Source: Vicugna vicugna (Eukaryota). From it: 64,000 bases of DNA. The DNA is taken from NCBI GenBank assembly GCA_013265495.1, contig MU058221.1, positions 2,418,001 to 2,482,000 of the forward strand. Reading direction: 5' to 3'. The position numbers and the translations under genes were made by a program. The notes under the pieces were generated by a model. That model saw only the letters and a program-made list of their open reading frames with translations. It was not told where the DNA came from and made no database searches. Below, piece after piece: positions 50,911 through 62,872 of this stretch. The number at the start of each line of letters is the position of its first letter. Position 1 is the first letter of the stretch.

Positions 50911-53664
50911 TGCTGATTGATGGGTGCTGTGTCCCTGGGAGCCTTTATAAAAGACCTTATTCACAACAGAAGCTAAGTTTTGTAAAAATCTGAGTAAGAG
51001 GGGGTTTAAGGTATTTCAAGATTAGATGATCTTAAATATGAGCATAGTTGAATACGGTAACTCCTATGTCTTCAATCCATGTATGTACTTGGAGATTGCA
51101 ATTAATATGCTGTCTTTCAAATGGCTGTACTGGATATAATTCTTCTATGAGATCTTACTTTTGATGTAAATTGAAAAGCATGCTCTCATACTGGGAAAAT
51201 CATCAACATGCTGAAAACAGCTTTCAGCTGGGAGCTGAAACTTGGGTGACCATCCAGCTTAGTTATGCAAAAACTGGGTGATTGTCAGAAAAATAATTCA
51301 TTTATTGTGCAAGGATATTTGCACAATAATTTGTGCAATATTTGGGGGGGCACATATGTATAAATATATTTCTTACATTAAAGCAATTACGGGTACTCAT
51401 ACATACTTTTCAGGAGGTATTGAAGGAACCGAACAATGAGTGTTTCTTGAACACCCTCAGTGAGCTGACTTCTGATCCATCCCAGTGAGGGATAGTAGAG
51501 AAGGATGAACAAAGCCCCTGTCCAATCCAAAGGCGGAAACTAAGACTGCCTGAGGTAATGATCAACCATGTAACTCATCGAATGGCCTTGGCTTGAAGAC
51601 ATCTTAGGGAATACACACAATGACTTGAACCCAAACTGGACTTGAGAGCTTGTATGTGGTCAGTGCTTCGCAGCTTCCCGGCCGCCCTCTGTCTCTAGTG
51701 ATCTCCACTCACACAGCGCATCCTTCCTGCCCCCAGCCACACCCACAGATGTGTACACCCTAATCCGGCTCCTTCCCATGTCACTTGCACAACTTATCGC
51801 TTGACTGGGGTCCTGTACGATCTCTCTGGCTCACACGCTCCATTAACATATATTCTTATGTATTCCATGGCCAGATTCTTATTTCTCTTTGCTCCCTACA
51901 CAACATGAGATCTCATGGAAAAAGATTTCTTTTCTGTATTATACTCATGATTTTACTTTTCCTACTTCCTCATCATCAATACTAATGTCTTAGCCCCTTA
52001 GTGTAATTAATTTATAATACAGATGCCAGGTAAGTTCATGTGGGAATGTGTGATCATTAAGGGATATGTATGTGTGTGTGTGTGTGTATTATAAGGTAAG
52101 ATTTATTTAATAATACAGGACTGTTAAGCTGGGTTAGTGATGCTCTGAGTTTATTGATCATAAGGCAGTTGGAACCAGACGTGAGTCCTAAAATTGGAGC
52201 CTAAAGATGCTGTTAACATTGCTCTAGATTAATGCCAGTTGCTTTTCAAGAATCAAAACTACTCTAGCATGATCTATTGATGATAGTTAAAATGTTTTGC
52301 CAATCAAGTCCTAGGAGTTATTCAAGATTCCTTTGTTCCAAGAGAAATTGTTGATCTAGTAACCACCAGCCAAAGACATTCATCAGAAGCTGAAATCCAT
52401 GGTGAGTGAATTATCATGCATCTTAAATTTCAGGAAGAATGAGAATGTTTTAGCAATACAATGACAAAAGAAAAAAGGGTTGAAAGCTAAATCACCTCGA
52501 AACTGCAGCCAGCTCATTAGATTCTCTGAATGTCCTGTAAGACAGAAAAATATCAAGTTCAGTTGAGACAGGACGGTTTTATGGTAGAAATCTATCAGGC
52601 TCTTTTATTCTGGGACAAAACTCCAAACTTGAGAACTGAGTGTTTTCTCTCATGCACGTTGGATTTAAAGGCTATTGTAGCCAAGGATGTCCTCTGCCAC
52701 ATAACTCTTGCTGTTTGCACAACCTACACATGATCCAAAGCCCAGAGTTATAATTAAAGACCTTGTTACACCATAAAAGATTTTCAAATTTTCATCTGTG
52801 ACAACCCACACAGCACTCAGGGCTTAAATACTTTATTGACCAGCCTGGCAGACTGACTCCTCTGTTGGAGCTGGGAGAGCCCAGCTTCAATTTATCTCTC
52901 CCACACTATGTATTTGTAGTCATAAATCTTTTGCTAGGCTCTTTGAACATTAAAAATAGCTCAGCATTGCTGGCTTTTCTTCTGGTGCCATGAGAGTCAA
53001 ATCAAAGTTGCCGGCCTCCCCGTGGCCCTGCCGTGTGGCACTGCGCAGGGAGCTTTTCCATCTGTCCTGGCCCTCCCACTCCCAGTGTCAGGTCTAATGA
53101 CAGTGCTTCCCATTCAGGGTCGGCTCCCTGATCTGGAGATCGAAGCTAAGGAGCAGCCTGGGCCCAGCTGACTTTTCGCCAGGCCATATCTGTTCCCTCC
53201 TCTTGATGGACGATGACTGGTGGGGTGTGTCTTCGTTCTGCAGGGATCCCACTAGATGGAGCAGAATCACTGTGCTGCCACTAAAGCCTGGCCCGTGGGC
53301 TTCCACCTGGACCCCCAGGAAGAGGGAGGCAGAGCAAGCAGCAAAGAGCAGGGAACAGGTTCTGAAAGTACCAAGGAGAAATAATTCCAATATAGGCCCC
53401 TGAGCAGAGCAGAACTAGGCTCTAAACGAGGGAGTGAACCTACACGACTGAGCCGGGCTGTTCAGAGAACAGACCAATGTGTTTCCACAGAATGTTATTT
53501 TATGAGTGTCCTTCTTCTAATGTGAGAATGTTGTTTGGGTTGGACTTTCATTTCAGTGGTGACTGGAAAGATGCTTTCTGGGAGTCCATCCCACAGACAC
53601 GATGGGGGCATTTCTGCGTCTCTCTCTTTTTCTTCTAAGCTCTTCCCTTGATCTTGTACAAAAC

Positions 53665-54310
53665 CAGCTTTATTGAGGCATAATTGACATTCAATGAACT
53701 GCGCATATTTAAAGTGCACACTTTGGGTAAGTTTTTATAGGTATTCACCCAGGACACTATCACCACCATCAGGATAATAAATATATCCATTACGCTTTAT
53801 AGTTTCCTGGTGGCGTCTGGACTCCCTCCACCCTCCCCCTCCCCATCCCACTCCCATCTCCTGGGCAACCACCGGTCTGTTTCCTGTCACTGTATATTAG
53901 CCTTTATTTTCTAGATTTTTATATAAATGGCATCAAACAATATATGTTCTTCTGTTTAGCTTCTTTCCCTCAGCGTAAATATTTTGAGTTTTAGCCATAC
54001 TGCTTCACGTATGAACAGTTTCTTCTGTTTTATTGATCAGTACCCTTGCAGCATGTGGATATGCTGTAATCCACTCACCTGTTGATGGACATTTGAGTTG
54101 TTTTTAGTCTGGGGTGATTACCAATAATGATGCAATGGACAAGTTTTTGAAAACCTTCATTTCTGTGGGGAAAATACCTGGGAATAGAATAGCTGGGTCA
54201 TATAAAAGTTTCTTAACTTTTTAAGAAACTAACAAGCTTTTTTCCAAAGAGACTATACTATTTATGTATAGTCCCACCAGCCAAGAGTCCCCGTTTCTCC
54301 ACATCTCAGT
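53665..54310 (-). mobile_element. Older L1M (L1MB/MC-like) 3' fragment
   Basis: cagctttattgaggcataattgacat...tttaaagtg.aca...ggcaaccac.ggtctg.ttcctgtcact...cacctgttgatggacatttgagttg. Confidence 0.85.
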
Positions 54311-55717
54311 GACTTATTGCTGTCATCTCTGTTGTGAGACGCCTGACTAACCCCATGGCCGTCTGCATCACCTGAGGCGTCTTGTCTCTGGTCCCACATC
54401 AAAGAGTCAAAGCTTGGGCTGGACAAAGAAGGAAGGCACGGAACTCTGGGTATCCGTGACCTCACATTGGCAGAAACTGTTTGTTTTGTGGGATTCCAGA
54501 GAACTAAGGACCGTTTGCCCTATGGTCTTAGTCAGAATCATGGAGTAGTAAATTAATACAGATTAAAATTCCTGACCGCTGTTCTGTAAGAAGAAAGGAA
54601 ACGAAGTGTGTTTTGTCTTTCATTTTATGACATTCAGTCAGTAGTGTTTGCATATGGACTAGAACGTGATTCTCAGAGGTAGAAAAATGTACTTTAGACT
54701 GCTCTTTGCTAAAAGAAACTGTTTCTGAGTGGGGCCACTTAGCTCAATTGCCCAGGGGAGGAATCCCTGGTACATCCTCTCTGAATTTGTGACCACAAGC
54801 TCACTACATCCTGGAAAGCTTTCTCTCTGAGGTCAAGCGTTCTGTTCATGGACCAGATTTTCATCTAAGGAGTTAGGAGCTGCTGGCCTGGGCATGTGAG
54901 GTAATGCAGAATCAGACACTCCACGCAGCACTGCTCCACTAGAGCAGGTGGACAGTATTGTGTGAGGAAGCCAAGGTAGGCCAGAAAATAACATTCCTTC
55001 TACTTATCTTGCCTTGTACATCTTAGACTCATACAGCCAGGTAGTGTCTTACAGCTCATCTGGTCCAGCAACTCTCATATTGTATTCCTGGCACTCAGAT
55101 TTGGAACTGGAGGGAGGGAGAAAATGAGAAAACTAGCGTTGTTTGTTCTTTGTCCATATGCTTTACGAACAGAAGGTCTCTGTAAGAGTTTCTTAAGATG
55201 AGAGTCCAAACCACTTCAAAAAAATTGAAAACCACTGAGCGTGTCTAACTCTCATATGGCGGATGGGGAGCCCGAGACCTCAAGAGGAGGTGTGATTTGC
55301 TGCTGCTTGAGGTCATGCTGTTAGCAGTGGAGCTGGGGCTCGGACACGGGGCTTCTAGAAGCTGGATTGCTGCTACTTTCATAGGCCCACATCTCGTCTT
55401 CAATTTCCAGGCTAACAAAATAAAGAGAGGAGACCATGCGTGGTTACCTCTAAAGCGTGTGCTGTTCTGTCGCTTACGTGACATTAGCCAGTCCCTCCGT
55501 GGATCACCGAAGGCACCACGACATAATAATATCAACATGAGAACACAAAAACAAATACAAGAACACAGCACTCAGCCAAACCATCTGCTCTGACATATTT
55601 ATGCCCGTTCTGCCTGTCTACCTGTGATTTCTTTCCTCTGGTGCCTCCCACTGAGTAAAGAGACCCAAGTCAGAACAACTAATGAGAGTCACCACCAGGT
55701 CCCCTACGGTGATTAGA

Positions 55718-55719
<2 letters not shown>

Positions 55720-55765
<46 letters not shown>
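55720..55765 (+). repeat. (TG)n microsatellite
   Basis: Directly visible, ~23 units. Confidence 0.98.
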
Positions 55766-55766
<1 letters not shown>

Positions 55767-56049
55767 TCTGAGGGTGCTATGGAGGTCTTCTTTGTGTTTC
55801 CTGCAAAGAGTATGGAAAAGATCTTTGAAAGATGAGAATGACGGTGTTGACAAATGCATCGTTCCTACTTAACGCTGAAGCAACATGGTGCAGGAGCAGA
55901 ACAGGAAATAGCCATTAAATGGCAGAAAAGTTCAGTTGGCTGGAGCTGGTGAGACATCAGGTCCCTTCTGTTGGCTCTCGGGCACCGTGGCCAAGCTGGA
56001 GTGCCCTGGTATTGAGGAGACGTCAGGGACTAGGAACATGCCTCCAATG

Positions 56050-58233
56050 CAGGCGTACCTCGTCTTACTGTGCTTCACTTTGTTGTGTTTTGCATATATT
56101 GCGTTTTTTTCCCAATCTGAAGGTTTGTGGTATTATTATGGTATTTGTAGTGGTGACCTGTGATCGGTGACCTTGGATGGTGCTGTTTTGGGGATGCCAC
56201 AAGCTACATCCATGTAAGATAGCGAACTTAGTTAATAAATGTTGTGTGTGTTCCGGCTGCCCCACTGACTGGCATTCCTCCATCTCTCTCCCTCTCCTTG
56301 GGCCTCCCTATTCCCTGAGACACAGCAATATTGGTATTAGGCCAGTTAGGAACCCTGCCGTGGCCTCTTAAGGGTTCAAGTGAATGGAAGAATTGCATGT
56401 GTCTCACTTTAAGCCAAATGCTTGAAATGATTAAGCTCAGTGAGGAAGGCATGTTGAAAGCCCATACAGGCCAAAAGCCAGACCTCTGGAGCCTTACAGT
56501 GAGTTGTGAATGCAAAGGGGCAGATCCTTGAGGGAAGCTAAAGGTGTTACTCTAGTGAACACATGAGTGATAAGAAAGCAAACCAACGTTCTGTGGAAAT
56601 GAAGGAAACTTCGGTGGTCTGGATAGGAGATCAGACAAGCCCACGACATTCTGTTAAGCCAGAGACGAATCCAGAGCTAGGTCCCAACTGTCTTCAATTG
56701 TTTGAAAGCCGAGAGGTGAGGAAGCTGCAGAAGAAAAGTTTGAAGGTAGCAGAGGTTGGTTCTTGAGGCTTAAGGAAAGAACCCGTCTCCATCACATAAT
56801 AGTGCAAAACGAAGCAGCAAGTGCTGTGTAGAAGCTGCAGCAAGTTATCCAGACAATCCAGCTTCAGAAAATTAATGAAAGTGGTTACACTAAACAACAC
56901 ATTTTCAACATAAACAAAAAAGCCTTCTATTGGAAGATGATACTATCTCGAGCTTTCGTAGCTAGAGAGGAGAAGTCAATGCCTGGCTTCAAAGCTTCAA
57001 AGGACAGGCTGACTCTCTTGTTTGGGGCTAATGCAGCTGGTGACTTTCAGCTGAAGCCAGTGATCATTTGCCGCTCTAAAACTCTTAGGGCCCTGAACAG
57101 TTATGCTAAAATCTGTTCTGCCTGTGCTCTATAAATGGTTCAATGAAGCCTGGATGACAGTGCATCCATTTGCAATATGGTTTACTGAAAATTTTAAGCC
57201 CACTGTTGAGACCTACTGCTCAGAAACAAAGATTCTTTTCAAAGTATTAGTGCTCATTGACAACGCACCTGGCTACCCAAATCTGATGGAGGTGAACAAA
57301 GAGATTAATGTTGTTTTCACACCCACTATCACAACATTCATTCTACAGCCCGTAGATCGAGGAGTAATTTCAATTCCAAGATGTGTTATTTAAGAAATAC
57401 ATTTTTTAAAGGCTATAACTGCCATCCATACTGATTCCTGTGATGGATCTGGGCAACGTCAATTGAAAACCTTCTGGAAAGGATTTCCCATCCTAGATGT
57501 CACAAAGAACATTCGTGATTCATGGAAAGCGGCCAAAATAATTAACATTAACAGGAATTTGGAAGAAGTTTATTTCAACTCTCATGGATGCCATTGAGGG
57601 GCTCAAGAGGTCAGTGGAGGAAGTCACAGCAGATGTGGTGGAAACAGCATGAGAACCAGAATTAGACGCGGAGCCTGAAGGTGGGGCTGAGCTGCTGAGA
57701 CCTCAGGGCGGAGCTCTGAGGGACGAGGAGCGCTTCTCGTGGACGAGCAGAGAAAGTGGTTTCTTGAGACGGAATCTGCTTCTCGTGAAGAGGCCATGGA
57801 GACTGTCACAGCGGCAACAAAGCATTTAGAATATTCCGTGAACTCAGCTGACACAGCAGAGGCGGGCTTGAGCGGGTTGACTCCAATTTTGAAAGAAGTT
57901 GTCTTCCTTTAGGAAATTGCCACGGGCACCCTAAGCTTCAGCAACCACCGCCCTGATCAGTCCGCAGCCGTCAGCACGGAGGCAAGACCTTCCATTAGCA
58001 AAGGGATTGCAACTCTGAAAACTCAGATGGCGGTTAATATTTTTTAGCAGTGAAGTATTTAAATTGAGGTACCTACGCTATTTTTTCAGACATCATGGTA
58101 TTGCACACTTAACAGACCACAGTGTAGTATAAACAGACCATTAATGTGCATTGGGAAGCTAAACATTAATTGCAGTATTCGCTTTATTGTGGTGGTCTGG
58201 AACCAAGCCCACGATACCTCTGAGGTATGTCTG
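56050..58233 (+). mobile_element. Tigger1 (TcMar-Tigger) DNA transposon, near full length with both TIRs
   Basis: TIRs CAGGCGTACCTC...GAGGTATGTCTG; TA on the right flank (TG on the left); internal transposase remnants. Confidence 0.95.
56360..57900 (+). pseudogene. Disrupted Tigger1 pogo-like transposase (CENP-B-type HTH and DDE), multiple frameshifts and stops
   Basis: ORF fragments [47 protein letters not shown] and [34 protein letters not shown]. Confidence 0.9.
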
Positions 58234-58579
58234 TATCTTACAGAAGCCTCCTTATTTTTTCCCCAATCTGCTATCACTCGCACATTTATTTCAACAAAGT
58301 TTGTTCAAGATATGAGCAAAGCACTGAGTAAAATATTTTGCAGAATTCCATAGGCAACTCTAACCAAGTATTAAGATACTTATATATTATTTAATCTACA
58401 TATCTTATTGACTATTAAGTGGCATCATCCTTAAAATTATATTTTATTAACTCATAAGTGATGACATCATGAAAATTAATATGCTTTGCTAAAGCTCTAA
58501 GGTGATGTTCAGACCACAGGCACACAAAGTCATTTTAAATGAATGTCCACAGGGAAAGGCGTATAGAAAGGGGGTGAGT

Positions 58580-58770
58580 ATTTATTGCCAGGCACTCTAT
58601 TAAGTAAAGTTATTTTGTAATTTATCTGATTGAATCTGATTTTCAATCCTACGCCATAGTATGATTATTTCCACTCTGCAGACAGAATGAAATAACTTTC
58701 CCAAGGTCCTAAATCTAGGTTATGATTTTGTCCCGGGTCTAACTTCAAGGCCCAGGCTCTTTCTGGTACC
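58580..58770 (-). mobile_element. MIR SINE
   Basis: tgccaggcactct..taag...attatttccact.tgcagac...ttcccaaggtc...cccgggtctaacttcaaggcccaggctcttt. Confidence 0.6.
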
Positions 58771-59699
58771 CATGCCAACAATTTTAGATATTTCATGTTA
58801 AAATCTGGGGAAATAATGACAGAAAGAGGGAGGCCACAGTTCTATATGTAAGACGTTGGTTCTGCCTCTCTGGTCAGTGGTCTTCACAGTGAACTCCAGA
58901 ATCCTGTTGTCCCAAAGCTAAACCAGATGGGATGTTCGTGGGATGGAAAGAGAGTTGAACCCAAGCAGATGTGAGGGCCACTGGGATCTCATCAGTGTGC
59001 CTCAGCTCTGCCCGCAGCCCAGTGAAGAACCTGTGGCCCCCAGCGTGGCGCTCATACAGAAACACCGTAAGGTCCTCTTTCCGCACCGCATCGCTCATCT
59101 CAGCAGATAAACGGGGACGTCTTCGCGGAGAGCCTAGCGTGTGCCTGTGACGGGAGCCAGGTGGAGGGCCTGCCCTGCCCCTGGAACTTGGCTGTGTGCC
59201 TGAGACAAAGCAGACGTTTTTACCATCCGGAGAATAAAACAAACAGAAAATTATGAAGTGCACAGAGGGATTTTCCACGTTGCTGAGCCCTGCACAGTGT
59301 TCACACTTGAGCTCCCCGTTTGGAATTCATTATCTCAGGGCGGCATTTGGCTTCGACAGCCAAGGCGGCTGAGCTGAAGATGTGCGGTTGCTGGGGGTCA
59401 CCTGCCGCGGCCGCGGCGTCCAGAGCAAGCTGCGCTCTTCGCAAGTTCTTCGTCGACAACCTCTGCCTCTTCTTTTAGGCCACTGCCCGAGGGGGAGCTC
59501 TTACATAAAATAGTAATTTGGGGCCCATTCCCGGCCACTTGTTTTGGTATCGTGTGTTCTCGGAAAGCTCCCTTTATCTGAAGGCACTTTGTTAGCACTT
59601 TTCCTAACCTGCATCACCTGCATTTATGCAGTCTTTAATTGGAAGGGTTTTAATCCTGCATGAATGTCTGGATCACACCCACAGAAAAAATCCGTCCAT

Positions 59700-60030
59700 G
59701 ACCACTCTTCTGGGAAATCCTCTCCTCGGAGTCCCACAGACATGTCACTTCTCGTCTGCCTCCTGAGCCTTTGTTTTTATTTTCTCCATCCCAGTCCTGC
59801 TTGCCATTTAGCACCTGAATTCCTTCTCTTTCTCTAGCCCTTATGAAGCCACTGAAGCCAAGCAAGACCTCTTTTTACCCTGAGTCTGCTAGCTGTGTTC
59901 GGTTCTATTCATCCGACAGCTAATCACTGCTTTATAACATCTCTTCTATTTTTTTTTTATCTTGGATAGTACTTTAGAATTGTTACCACTATTTAACTTC
60001 TTACCTATTTACCTCTGGCCTCCTGAAGTA
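59700..60030 (+). mobile_element. L2 fragment
   Basis: Pyrimidine-rich L2-like sequence; approximate boundaries. Confidence 0.4.
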
Positions 60031-60112
60031 AGGCAGGCACCCCTTCAGACCTATTGGGTACCCGTCACAGCCCTGCGCCCCCTCAGGTCACGGGCCCCAC
60101 CTGCTTGTTTTT

Positions 60113-60125
60113 CCACTAGATGGCC
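60113..60125 (+). promoter_or_regulatory. CTCF-like core motif
   Basis: CCACTAGATGGCC. Confidence 0.45.
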
Positions 60126-60296
60126 TTGTGGAAGGGTTTCTCGACTTGATTAATCGATTACTTGATTTCAAAAACACACAGCTGAATAATCAGTTGCTAA
60201 AAGTGAGGCATGCACTTGAGCTCATTGCTTCCCCTTTCCCAACAGCTGCCCCACAACTGGCTAAATGACGTCCTGGCAAGAGGGCTGATCTCAGCA

Positions 60297-60397
60297 GGGA
60301 GGGTAGAGCTCAGTGGTAGATCGCATGCCTAACGTGCACGAGGTCCTGCGTTCAATCCCCAGTACTGCCATTAAAAAAAAAAAAGAAAAGGAAGTAA
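60297..60397 (+). mobile_element. Camelid tRNA-derived SINE (short vic-1 type)
   Basis: A-box (agagctcagtggta), B-box (gttcaatccc), poly-A tail; TSD aagagggctgatctca / aagagggcagatttca (14/16). Confidence 0.9.
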
Positions 60398-61404
60398 AAG
60401 AGGGCAGATTTCAAGCCCCCGGTCATGAACACACTCACAAGAGCTCGTTCAGGGGGGCTAGGAAATGAGGGAGTTACGGAAAAGCAGGAACAAACTGCTG
60501 TTAACTGCTCTTGTTTGCAATTTGCTCCTGGAAGTAGCAAGCCACATTTTAGTGCACATATATAATACAGTTGTATCGATTAAACTGTCTTTTTCAAAGT
60601 TACTGGTGCAATTAAATTGACCTTTTGCCAGTACAGAAATAACTTGTTTAATAAAGACTGAACAAATGAATTGAGCATAACTTTAAATCAGCAGGTAAGC
60701 AAATCCTTGTTTGGAAGGCCTTTGTAACATCACTGCAAAGGCAGCGTGTGGACCCCGTGGATAGTTATGTGCCCAAATGAATGAAGAGTCCTTATGCAGC
60801 CAAAAGCAGAAGTCAGGCAGTCGTGATGTCATAATACCAAAGGATGTGTCGTAAGTGCGATGTTCCTCTCTGAAACCCACCCAGCCTTGGGGAATCCACT
60901 TGGGTGCGTTGGGCGTGGTGCTGGATCCTGAGTCCCTTTGCAAACAGGAAGCGCTATGAGAAGACAAGGGGTGTTCAGGCACCACTTCTGGGCATCTGCC
61001 CCTGTTTCCCAGCCCAGCCTCTGGGCCACGGACACTAAGATGCAGACGACAGAACTGCTGAGAGCCCGAAGCCCAGGTCATCTAGGTCAGGAACCAAGCC
61101 CTCTGGAACCTTAGCATGTCCTCTGAAACCCAGTTCCACTGAGCCCTGCACAGGATCTGGTATTCCGAAGGGGAAGCACCTTGCTGGACACACAGGATCT
61201 TCTGGAGATCTTTGAGAGGCCATCACTTGGTGTGCTCTGCATGGTGTCCGGCACCCTTACCAGGAGGGGCAAAGAAACATAAGGCAGAGCCATGCTCTGT
61301 GTCACAGCTTAAAATATCCATTCTCTTCAAATCTGTGAATCCTTCCGAATCCGAATCTCCTGGAAGCACAGATCAAAATACAGGCTTCAGCACCTCCCCT
61401 GTCT

Positions 61405-61512
61405 GTTGAATCACTGAAATCTCTGGAGGTGGAAAGGCTGGATGGAGATTCAAAATCTGTACTTGAATACAGCGCTTAAGTGGTTCTTATAAAATTGAAG
61501 CGTGGGAACTGT
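61405..61512. mobile_element. MER5-like fragment
   Basis: gaaatctctggaggtgg...aatctgtactt...gtggttctta...gggaactg. Confidence 0.4.
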
Positions 61513-62108
61513 TCTAATGAGGGTTACCGGTTTGGTCCATGACGGGAGAAAGCACAGAACATTGAATGTATTTCGTATTCTCTTGTGAGATGGTCAGTCA
61601 GGTGTGGCCACAAGAGGAGACAGACAGAGGGGGCGAGGAAAACAAAGTTTCTCAGACTCACGGTCGTAGAGACGGGAGGCACGGAACGCCGCATGGGACC
61701 TTGTGGGAAAGAGAGCGAGGGGACTAGGAGGCAGAGGACGGGAAGGAAGGGGAGATTTTGTCCAGAGCCTTTACTTCTGTGTCTCGGGAGCAACAAGGTA
61801 GAGGCTGGGCAGGGTGAGAAGTTTGGGGTTGGGTGCTTTGAGTAATTTGGGGTGGCTTCAGGCTGTAACCATCTTTAGCTGACCAGTTAGTCTCTAGCTC
61901 TTGGTCTCAGGACGATGGAGGCAGAGGAATATTTTCTCCAGGGCTGCTGGCCAGATGGAAGTGATGTGGCCCTGGACTGCGCAGTCTGCAAACCCCAGAC
62001 ATGCTCCCCGCTGGCTCCTTTGCTGTCTCTCGGAGTTAACTAGCTCTGGGAGGGGCACTCTCTCCCCAGCTAGGGAGGCTGTGTTTTGTTTTTGCTTTTT
62101 AAGATTAC

Positions 62109-62243
62109 TTTTTTTTTTCTTGGTGGGGAGAGGGAGGTAATTAGGGTTATTTATTTATTCTTAGAGGAAGCACTGGGGATTGAACCCAGGACCTCATGCA
62201 TGCTAAGCACGCGCTCTACCACTTGAGCTGTACCCTTCCCCCC
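62109..62243 (-). mobile_element. Camelid tRNA-derived SINE (long vic-1 type)
   Basis: Minus strand gggtacagctcaagtggtagagcgcgtgcttagcatgcatgaggtcctgggttcaatccccagt...aataaataaataaccctaattacc...A tail; flanking direct repeat tttttaagat. Confidence 0.9.
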
Positions 62244-62857
62244 TCCTTTTTTAAGATATCAGAATATCCTAATATAAAGAAAGTCAATAAATAAATGTTT
62301 CATATATTTTATAGATTTATAATATGGATTTTAGGCGATCTGTAGGCAGAATGGCCCTTGTCTGCCGGTGTGTCAGTCTGTGAATGGGAGGAGGAGTTAC
62401 CTCAGGGAGATTAGTAGGCACGCAGGTTAGATGCCCACTCCTCTTGCCTCAAGTTGGAACCTGAAATCTGTCTGCACTCTGGGAGCCAGAAACATAGTTT
62501 TTTGGTTTTTTGGTTTTATTTTTTTTGGAATTTCTTAGCTTAAGTGTAGTGTATGTATCAAGAGAGATGAGAAGCTGAAGGATGGGAGCCTGGAAGTCAT
62601 GCACATTTTAAGGGACAGGTTTAGGGGGAAGCAAAGGAGAGGAGGAGGTGGCCAAAGTCAGAAGGAAAACCGAGAGCGAGAGTGACGCACTGCAAGGGGA
62701 GGACGGAGACAGCTTGAAGGTCTTGCTGGAGTTCACGGGCTCTGTGACAAGGGGCAGACCGTTCAGATAACATGGGGACGAGAACGAGGCGCGGGTGCTG
62801 ACGCCTGGCGGGTTCAGCAGGGACAGGAGCGTTAAGCTGGGAAACCTGGGGCGCTCG

Positions 62858-62872
62858 GTTGCCAATAGCAAC
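62858..62872. promoter_or_regulatory. RFX X-box motif
   Basis: GTTGCC-AAT-AGCAAC fits GTNRCC(N0-3)RGYAAC. Confidence 0.5.

Noticed and set aside
53249..53262. CCACTAGATGGAG CTCF-like motif
   Set aside because: Mismatch at the highly conserved C of GGC and no upstream module
60297..60370. tRNA-Ala-like sequence (also at 43067 and 62170-62243)
   Set aside because: A-rich tails, TSDs and broken stems show these are SINE copies, not tRNA genes
60632..60694. Possible 63-nt exon ending at a strong CAG|GTAAGC donor
   Set aside because: Stop codons in all three frames and a short pyrimidine tract; unsupported without RNA data
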